In this document: positions 25,406-32,000 of the stretch, one piece after another
How positions within the stretch are numbered: position 1 is the stretch's first letter
Layout: each line of letters opens with the position of its first letter
From: Candidatus Kuenenia stuttgartensis
Lineage (GTDB): Bacteria; Planctomycetota; Brocadiia; Brocadiales; Brocadiaceae
DNA length: 32,000 bases
Assembly: GCF_900232105.1 (NCBI RefSeq)
Contig: NZ_LT934425.1
Span: forward strand, 2,520,001-2,552,000
Reading direction: 5' to 3'
The notes under the pieces: model-generated
The model's database searches: none
Told to the model about the DNA's origin: nothing
The model's input: the letters and a program-made list of their open reading frames with translations, nothing else
Translations under genes and position numbers: made by a program

Positions 25406-26665
25406 CTATTCCTTTTTATATTTTTCTATCAAATAAGGTTTTTGTTTTTCAAACTCCATTGCCTGTAATTCTATGATGTCTTCTGCTTCTGTGGAATCCA
25501 TTTCCTTCACTTCACGGCAATATGATGCTGTTCGTCCGAAATAGAGGGGCGTTAACATGTCAACAAGCCGCCTTCTGTTCCTTTGCCAGTGGTTATACGT
25601 AAAGGCAAAGTCGCACAATATCCTTGCCCAAAGGTCTGAAGGGAAATGTATCTCTCCGGTTTTGTTGAAATCTATTGAAATATCATATAAACGGTTAAAA
25701 TTCTCAGCATCAAGTATCTGTTCATAAAAGGGTTCAAATTGTTCAAACCCATCGCTGAATTCTGCCAGTAATTTTGTAAAATTAACCGATACAGGCTCAA
25801 CCTTTGCCGCCTCGCCGGTAATTCCAACGGTTTCTATATCCACAGTCTTTTCCGCTTGTTTCCACTTTGATTCATATTTACTCATCAGATAATATAAAGT
25901 ACTGATAACCTGCTGAAACATGGGGCCAAGGTCCGCCGCCGGGTCTTTTGCATTATGAACCTTTGTTCCCAAATGCGCCTGCACGATTTTAAACCCTTCA
26001 TTAAGGGCAGTAGTAGTCATCCAGACGTCTATTCCGAAACGGGCAACATCTGACTCCCACACATCCTCGTTTACATAATATGCCGCCAGGTCGCCGCAAA
26101 ATCCAAAATCTCCGCCAATGGGCTGCCGGATTTTTGCGCCATATAAAGCACGGGTAAGCGGATAAACAATGTTGTTTGTAATGGTGCCATCATATTTATG
26201 GCGAAGATATAAAGGGGCAACAAAACCTGCCTGTTTGTTTATAATGGGGTCAGCAAGCATCTTAATCCATTCCGGTGTAATGCTCCTCAAATCAGCATCA
26301 ACAACAACGATGGCGTCTGCCTTCAATAATTGGGCAACCTCGAAAATTGCCCGGAATGCCGTTCCCTTTCCAGGAGTACCCCGGTAAATCGTTACGCGGC
26401 GCTCAATGCCGTCAGGAATGGTTGCGGAGTAAGCCTTTTCTCGTGTATCGTCAAGGGAACCACCATCGGAAACAAATACAGCGCATTTTTTATCGGGGTA
26501 ATATTTTTTTAAACCTTCAGCGGATACTGCCACAACATGCGAAATGGTGTCTTCACAATTATAGCAAGGAATGCCGACAATTATATCCACCTCCTGCATT
26601 TTACTTATCCACATGTGTACATTTTGACGAACGGCTGATGAGTACTTCTTTTTTAAATTGATCAT
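25406..26665 (-). CDS. GT-A fold glycosyltransferase (family-2-like), candidate second sugar transferase of the glucosylglycerate-type pathway
   Basis: 419 aa with IVGIPCYNCEDTI, VSDGGSLDDT and VVVDADL (DxD). It lies on the same strand, 115 bp downstream of the GpgS-like gene. The specific function is inferred from context only. Confidence 0.6.
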   Translation of the reverse strand: MINLKKKYSSAVRQNVHMWISKMQEVDIIVGIPCYNCEDTISHVVAVSAEGLKKYYPDKKCAVFVSDGGSLDDTREKAYSATIPDGIERRVTIYRGTPGKGTAFRAIFEVAQLLKADAIVVVDADLRSITPEWIKMLADPIINKQAGFVAPLYLRHKYDGTITNNIVYPLTRALYGAKIRQPIGGDFGFCGDLAAYYVNEDVWESDVARFGIDVWMTTTALNEGFKIVQAHLGTKVHNAKDPAADLGPMFQQVISTLYYLMSKYESKWKQAEKTVDIETVGITGEAAKVEPVSVNFTKLLAEFSDGFEQFEPFYEQILDAENFNRLYDISIDFNKTGEIHFPSDLWARILCDFAFTYNHWQRNRRRLVDMLTPLYFGRTASYCREVKEMDSTEAEDIIELQAMEFEKQKPYLIEKYKKE

Positions 26666-26780
26666 GAAAATCCCCCCCCTTCTTTTTGTTTATCCCCGGT
26701 TAATTATAAAATTACTCTGTATCGATGCACAATCTTTACCCTACTCCATATGTCCGAAAATGTAAGGTATATTTTTCAGA

Positions 26781-27998
26781 TTAACGCGTTTTTGTATTAT
26801 CAGCTTCTACTGCAGCAATTAATTTATTAAAGAAATCGGGGATTGCAGAAATAATCCTGTTCCAATTTGGAATAAAAGGTATCCCCGATGGGTCATTTAG
26901 AAATTGTTCTCCTGCTATGCCAATACTTTTGACGAATGCGTCAACGGCATTCATTTCCTGATGACGGTCAAAAACAAGCCCGTTAATTGCAGAGTCGTGG
27001 TTGTATTTTTCAATGAATTCATGACCTGCCCTTTGGTATGTAGCCCTCAGCGTTCTGAAGCATTCACCTGAAAAAACAACACCCATACTAGCCAGATTTT
27101 TGTAAATGGACTTAGCGATGTCAATGCTCATTTTGGTAAGCCCGGTGGTTGGGTCTTCGTCAGATAACGGTTGATGTTTGTGTTCATACGTTTCACACAA
27201 ATCAACCTGGCAAATCCTTCTCATCGAACAATTTCTGTAAACTTCAGCCAAAACACCCACCTCCAGTCCCCAATCTCCCGGTATTCTGTTAATACGTGCA
27301 AGGTCGGTTGCCATTGAAAATTCTCCTGCAAGCGGATAACGAAAGCTGTCGAGGTATTCGAGGAAATCGTTATTGCCTATTATTTTTTTCAACGACCTGA
27401 TGAAAGGAGTCACAAATAACCTTGTGACACGGCCGTGCATCCGATCGGTAATACGGTGATAGTATCCTTTGCAGAATTCAAAATCCAAATTGGGATTTAC
27501 CACAGGATAGCATAATCGTGCCAAAAGTTCACGGCTATAGTTTGTAATGTCGCAATCATGCAAGGCAATTACTTTTGATTTTTCTGTCGCCAGCACATAT
27601 CCATAAGCGAGCCATGCTGACCGTCCCTTTCCGTCAATGCCCGCAGATATCTTCTCGTCCGTTAAAAGCTTATACAGATTTTGAATATTTTCTCCGTCAT
27701 TCCAGATTAATTTTGTTTCCTGAGGGAGAACCGAAAAAAATCGTTTTGCTTCGGCAAATTCGCTTTCATTAAACCGACCAAGCGTCACAACAACCTGGCT
27801 TATATACTTTACCTCCTTAATCTGTTCAACGATTCCCCGTAAAGCAGTTCCTTTCAGTTCAACGGGCGTCGCCGGCAAAACAAGCGCAACAGGCCGTGAA
27901 TAGGCATATTTTTCAATGCCATGCTCTATCTTTTCTATTGTGGTGGTGTCAAACCTGTGAATTGTGGTAATCTCACCATTTTGAAAAAAATCTCCCAT
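26781..27998 (-). CDS. glucosyl-3-phosphoglycerate synthase-like retaining glycosyltransferase (GpgS/MpgS type)
   Basis: 405 aa. The N-terminus FFQNGEITTIHRF, plus DGKGRSAWLAYGY, ALHDCDI, PLAGEF and DWGLEVGVLAEV resemble GpgS-type enzymes as I remember them. The gene is adjacent to an MPGP-family phosphatase. Confidence 0.65.
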   Translation of the reverse strand: MGDFFQNGEITTIHRFDTTTIEKIEHGIEKYAYSRPVALVLPATPVELKGTALRGIVEQIKEVKYISQVVVTLGRFNESEFAEAKRFFSVLPQETKLIWNDGENIQNLYKLLTDEKISAGIDGKGRSAWLAYGYVLATEKSKVIALHDCDITNYSRELLARLCYPVVNPNLDFEFCKGYYHRITDRMHGRVTRLFVTPFIRSLKKIIGNNDFLEYLDSFRYPLAGEFSMATDLARINRIPGDWGLEVGVLAEVYRNCSMRRICQVDLCETYEHKHQPLSDEDPTTGLTKMSIDIAKSIYKNLASMGVVFSGECFRTLRATYQRAGHEFIEKYNHDSAINGLVFDRHQEMNAVDAFVKSIGIAGEQFLNDPSGIPFIPNWNRIISAIPDFFNKLIAAVEADNTKTR

Positions 27999-28011
27999 GT
28001 TTTTCCTCTTT

Positions 28012-28821
28012 TTATAGGTCTTCGAATATCCTTAATATCTCCCTATTCCAACCTGCCGGGCCAATTCCATCGGCATAAACAAGATTTGGAAGCTGAATCC
28101 TTTTATCATAATCTCCCGTTTTTTTCCGGACAATAACGGGAACATCTACCGCGGCTAACATAGGCAGATCTATATGGCTGTCGCCAATGCCAATTGTGCG
28201 TATTTGATCATGATAATGATCGCAATACATATTGATTAGCATTCTTACTGCTTTCCCTTTGTCGGTATTTAAGCTAAAAATGTGATGAAAACGTCCTCCT
28301 TCCATAAAATTAAAACCCAAAGCATTAAATATTTTTTTGATTTTGTTAATATTTTCATGACCACTTTCTATAAAAATTGGTTCAGAATAAAGACGCTGTT
28401 TCGCTCGTATCGCGGAAGAAATATCGATTCCCGTAATAGCCGAAATTTTCCCGGGCGTTAAATCGGAAAAACCTGTTATGGCAATACCGCAAGATTCCCT
28501 TATCTTGTGTAATGCAGCTACAATTTCCTTATAGGGGGTTCCAAGCCTGACTATGCTATAGTTCCCGTTTTTTTTATCAATGACAGATTTGAAATATCCG
28601 TCCGGTATAATAATAGCACCGCCATTTTCAGGGATAAAAGGGTCTTTATTGTCCAGTTTTTCACGATATACCTCAATCTCGGCCTGTGTTTTACTCGTAC
28701 AGATTACTACAGGAATGTTACGCGCACGAACCAACGCCAGGGCCTCTTTTGCCTTTTCGAAGGAATAGGTGGTATGGTCTAACAACGTTCCGTCCAGATC
28801 AGTTATTATGATATACTTCAT
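28012..28821 (-). CDS. HAD-IIB phosphatase of the mannosyl-/glucosyl-3-phosphoglycerate phosphatase (MPGP/YedP) type
   Basis: 269 aa with motif I IITDLDGTLLD, motif II VICTSKT and motif IV GIGDSHIDLPML. It follows the GpgS-like gene with a 13-bp gap. Confidence 0.75.
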   Translation of the reverse strand: MKYIIITDLDGTLLDHTTYSFEKAKEALALVRARNIPVVICTSKTQAEIEVYREKLDNKDPFIPENGGAIIIPDGYFKSVIDKKNGNYSIVRLGTPYKEIVAALHKIRESCGIAITGFSDLTPGKISAITGIDISSAIRAKQRLYSEPIFIESGHENINKIKKIFNALGFNFMEGGRFHHIFSLNTDKGKAVRMLINMYCDHYHDQIRTIGIGDSHIDLPMLAAVDVPVIVRKKTGDYDKRIQLPNLVYADGIGPAGWNREILRIFEDL

Positions 28822-29696
28822 GGTTGATTTGTCTCCGTCTTTCCAAAAGACTTTTTCATGTAAAAATAGCTGAACCCTGCGACCAGAAGCAAAATAAATA
28901 CAGAAGCTGCAGCTCCCTGTCCGAAATCGCCTTTATAAAAGAAAAGTCTGTAAGAATATACCGATAACGTTTCAGTAGCTCCTCCTGGCCCGCCGCCTGT
29001 CAAAACATAAACAAGATCAAATATCCTTAAGGTGTCAATTGCACGGAACAAAACGGCCACCCCCAATATGGGTAGTATTAATGGAAGCGTTATGTATCTG
29101 AAAGACTGCCAACTGTTTGCCCCATCAATTATGGAAGCCTTGTATATTTCACGCGGTATGGCAGAAAGGCCCGCCCATACAATTATAGCTACAAACGGAG
29201 ACGTCTTCCAGACATCTGCCATCACCAGGGATAAAAAAGCGACAAATGAATTTCCGAGCCAATTAATTCTGCCAATTTCAATAATTCCTAAAAGATAATT
29301 CAAAATGCCAAGGTTGTAATCCAGCATCCATTGCCACATTCTGGCCGTTACTACAGTCGGTATTATCCAGGGTATTAATATAAAAATTCTCAAAAACCCT
29401 TTTTTTTCAGAAATAAGATTGAGCATAAGCCCAAAACATAAACCTACTATTGCCTCAAGAGATATCGAAACAAAGGTGAAAAGAAGGGTAAAAAAAAGAG
29501 CATGCCAAAAGCGTGAATACGATACTAAAACTTTGTAATTATGAAAACCATTAAATGTTTCGTCAGGCAGTATTGTTTTTGAGTTTTTGAAAGAAAGCAC
29601 AAGCGTATCAATGAACGGGAATAGACTAAACAGCGCCACTAATACTAATCCTGGGATTAAGCAGAAATAGGGGAATCTATTCCTTTGCAAAATCAT
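28818..29696 (-). CDS. ABC transporter permease, CUT1 (MalF/UgpA-like) family
   Basis: 292 aa with 6 hydrophobic helices. The EAA-loop region is KASIIDGANSWQSFRYITLPL. There is a 4-bp overlap with the phosphatase gene. Confidence 0.8.
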   Translation of the reverse strand: MILQRNRFPYFCLIPGLVLVALFSLFPFIDTLVLSFKNSKTILPDETFNGFHNYKVLVSYSRFWHALFFTLLFTFVSISLEAIVGLCFGLMLNLISEKKGFLRIFILIPWIIPTVVTARMWQWMLDYNLGILNYLLGIIEIGRINWLGNSFVAFLSLVMADVWKTSPFVAIIVWAGLSAIPREIYKASIIDGANSWQSFRYITLPLILPILGVAVLFRAIDTLRIFDLVYVLTGGGPGGATETLSVYSYRLFFYKGDFGQGAAASVFILLLVAGFSYFYMKKSFGKTETNQP

Positions 29697-30957
29697 CCTT
29701 AATCCTTTCTATTTTATCCTGCATGATCTGCAATGCCTCCTGAATTTCCATTTGACGGGATAATACCTTGCTGAGATATTTCTGCAAGACGTCGCTAATC
29801 CATTGATAATACGGGACATTTGGCCGCATTTGTATATTTTCAAGCGACTGTTCTACTATTGGGAGGAAGGGCAATTTTTCAATCAACTCCGCATCTTTAT
29901 ACAAGGAACTTCTCGTGGGCGCCCACGATACATTTTCTGCCAGTCTTTTCTGAACTTTGGCGGAGGTTAAAAATTCAATTAATTTCCATGCCTGTGCTTT
30001 TTTCCCGGAGTTTGCATTTATTGCCAGATGCCATCCTCCACATACGGAAGCAAACGATCCATCGGGAAACTTTGGTAACAGGGCAACACCTACTTTGTCT
30101 TTCAGTGTTATGTCTTCCTGGCATAAATCCCACACATATGTCCAATTCCGCAAAAAAAGTCCCTTACCCTGTTGGAACAAATGCCTTGAAGATTCCTCCA
30201 TTAGCTCGCTATAAGTATTTTGTGGAGAGATTTTATATTTCCAGATTAAATCATGCATAAGCTGGAGGGCTGTTTTGTTTTGTGCAGAATCTATCACAGT
30301 ATTTCCGGTATCATCAATTATTTGACCATTGTTACTGCCAATAAATTCTATAAAATTGCAAACCAAACCCTCATACTGCTTGCCCTGCCATAAATATCCG
30401 TAAACATCCTCCTTTCCTGAAATCTTTTCACATACTGCCACAAACTGATCCCAGTCAACAGGCAGAGGAAGATGATATTTTTCCAGTAAATCTTTCCTAT
30501 AATAGAGAAGTCCTATATTAATATTCCAGGGAATTGCATAAAGGGTATTATTGTAAACATTCGTTTTTTCCGTTACAGGAATGAACGCACCTCGTTCTTT
30601 GCTGTTAATATAGGCATTCAGAGGCTCAATCCAATGTGCTGATGCGAACTCAGGGATCCAAATGGTATCGATTCGCATAACATCTACATACTTGGTTCCG
30701 GCGTCTAAAGTGGAGAGATAATAGTGGTGTTGTTGATCTGAGGGGGAGGGAAGGGCATTTAATTTTACTTTTATTCCATGATTTTCTTTTTCATACGCAG
30801 CAATTATTTCTCTGATAAAGGAAATTTCTTTTGTACCTGCGCCAACACTAAAAACAATTTCATCAGTTTTTTCCTGTTTTAAAAATGTATAAACAATCCA
30901 AGTCCCTAACAAAAAATATACTGATAATACGGCAATTAGTCTTATATTGAATTTCAA
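29677..30957 (-). CDS. ABC transporter extracellular solute-binding protein (family 1, sugar-type)
   Basis: 426 aa with an N-terminal anchor MKFNIRLIAVLSVYFLLGTWIV. Its size and its position upstream of the CUT1 permease (20-bp overlap) fit this role. The ligand is unknown. Confidence 0.65.
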   Translation of the reverse strand: MKFNIRLIAVLSVYFLLGTWIVYTFLKQEKTDEIVFSVGAGTKEISFIREIIAAYEKENHGIKVKLNALPSPSDQQHHYYLSTLDAGTKYVDVMRIDTIWIPEFASAHWIEPLNAYINSKERGAFIPVTEKTNVYNNTLYAIPWNINIGLLYYRKDLLEKYHLPLPVDWDQFVAVCEKISGKEDVYGYLWQGKQYEGLVCNFIEFIGSNNGQIIDDTGNTVIDSAQNKTALQLMHDLIWKYKISPQNTYSELMEESSRHLFQQGKGLFLRNWTYVWDLCQEDITLKDKVGVALLPKFPDGSFASVCGGWHLAINANSGKKAQAWKLIEFLTSAKVQKRLAENVSWAPTRSSLYKDAELIEKLPFLPIVEQSLENIQMRPNVPYYQWISDVLQKYLSKVLSRQMEIQEALQIMQDKIERIKDDFAKE

Positions 30958-31215
30958 CTGAAATCTCTGTGTTTACCTATAGACATAGTAGTTTTATCTT
31001 TGGTCTTCTCTCTTGGTGATACTTGTCCGTTCCAACATTTTGAAAATTTAAACATTTGTTTATTGGAGAAAAGAGGCGTTTTTATCCTTAAATTACCATT
31101 ACAGCGACATTTTTATTTCAGAATTGCAGCAATTTTTTGGAAAGAAACAACCCTGTCAGAGTTAATATCCTGCCGGTTTTCGTGCAGAACGTAAGAATAA
31201 AATGTCACAGAGGTA

Positions 31216-31998
31216 CTACCTACTATGCCCGGCAGGACTAACAACCTCTCTCGCCTCCCGATTCCATGCTTTATGTTTTTTAACTAATTCATCCAATTCT
31301 TTTACGTTTAAAATATTTTGTTGCAGGAAATATTCGCCGAAAGGACGCTGAAGCCTCCGCTGTCTTCCCAGAAGTGCCAAATACTGAAAATGTGTTATAA
31401 AACCGTTCCGGCATGCGTATTCAGCGAATTTTTCACGATGGTTTCTTGTTGTCAAGATGTTTCGTATATCTTCAGTCGTTAAAATATTCCAATCTCTTGC
31501 AAGCTGCCCGATAAGCGGTCTTTGCTTCCTCTGCCAAAAAATAGCGGATAGCAATGTCCTCCACGAAATAGCGCCTGAATAATACATATATTGACCAATC
31601 AGTAGTTTCCGCTTTGGAATGCTGCCTTTGTAAAAAAATTCTGTAACATTGTTTTGCTTTTTAGAATGTGCCGTATGCCTTACGGTCTTTTGTACATCCT
31701 CCCTTTGTTTTGTTGTTTTGTTTCCGGCGATAAGCACGTTCGCACTTTGGCTCTTTATGAAAAGATTTAGTCTTTCATACGCCAGAACTATCTCTTTAAA
31801 ATGCTGTATCATATCGGATTCTAACCTTCCCAGCATTTTAGCCCTGTCCGGGTGGGTTTCCAGCACCTTCTTCCTGTAAACCATCCTGAGTTCGGAAGGC
31901 AACATGTTTTGCAAGAAACTGGTGATATTTACAATGTCAGGGCCAAATAACAAACGGCAATCATTGAGAAGTTTTGTTCCGGATATAATATCTGGCAT
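31216..31998 (-). CDS. J-domain protein with non-canonical C-terminal repeat region
   Basis: The J domain LRMVYRKKVLETHPDR..FKEIVLAYERL contains HPD. There is no G/F or zinc-finger region. The ATG at 31996-31998 touches the window edge, so the ORF could extend further. Confidence 0.7.
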   Translation of the reverse strand: MPDIISGTKLLNDCRLLFGPDIVNITSFLQNMLPSELRMVYRKKVLETHPDRAKMLGRLESDMIQHFKEIVLAYERLNLFIKSQSANVLIAGNKTTKQREDVQKTVRHTAHSKKQNNVTEFFYKGSIPKRKLLIGQYMYYSGAISWRTLLSAIFWQRKQRPLIGQLARDWNILTTEDIRNILTTRNHREKFAEYACRNGFITHFQYLALLGRQRRLQRPFGEYFLQQNILNVKELDELVKKHKAWNREAREVVSPAGHSR

Positions 31999-32000
31999 TA

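Overview
This 32-kb window reads like a chromosome segment of an anammox planctomycete (Brocadiales, Kuenenia-like). That assignment is my inference from gene content, because no search was possible. All functional calls come from motif recognition on the ORF-track translations and from reading the DNA by eye. Layout: (1) 1-5.05 kb holds decayed accessory genes. These are a vapBC-like remnant, a degenerate group II intron with a fragmented RT/maturase, a frameshifted DUF433/DUF5615 pair, a GxxExxY fragment, two DUF1640-like coiled-coil remnants and a broken Uma2 nuclease. (2) 5.66-6.74 kb is a six-tRNA array (Arg-His-Arg-Lys-Leu-Gly), followed by intact tig, clpP and a ComEA-like HhH protein. 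(3) 9.33-10.46 kb is a 1.13-kb non-coding composite of nested inverted and direct repeats. It carries a GIY-YIG nuclease remnant and looks like a MITE-type insertion. (4) On the minus strand lie two small membrane-anchor genes plus sdhA with no sdhB, then murC. speD-speE follow on the plus strand, then ogt and an HExxH membrane protein on the minus strand, tRNA-Ala, and a SAM methyltransferase. (5) A 1.18-kb non-coding region with a near-consensus promoter precedes a monocistronic, Sec-exported octaheme HAO-family gene. I assign this gene to hydrazine dehydrogenase (HDH / HZO cluster 1), the N2-forming enzyme of anammox. A TPR lipoprotein gene follows it. (6) The right end has adenosine deaminase and then a minus-strand operon of ABC solute-binding protein, a single permease, an MPGP-type HAD phosphatase and a GpgS-like synthase, plus a further glycosyltransferase. 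I read this operon as a glucosylglycerate-type compatible-solute locus. A J-domain protein sits at the right edge. I found no CRISPR array, rRNA or intact defence system. The most notable items are hdh with its long leader, the nested-repeat element sitting where sdhB would be expected, and the hybrid solute-synthesis/ABC operon.
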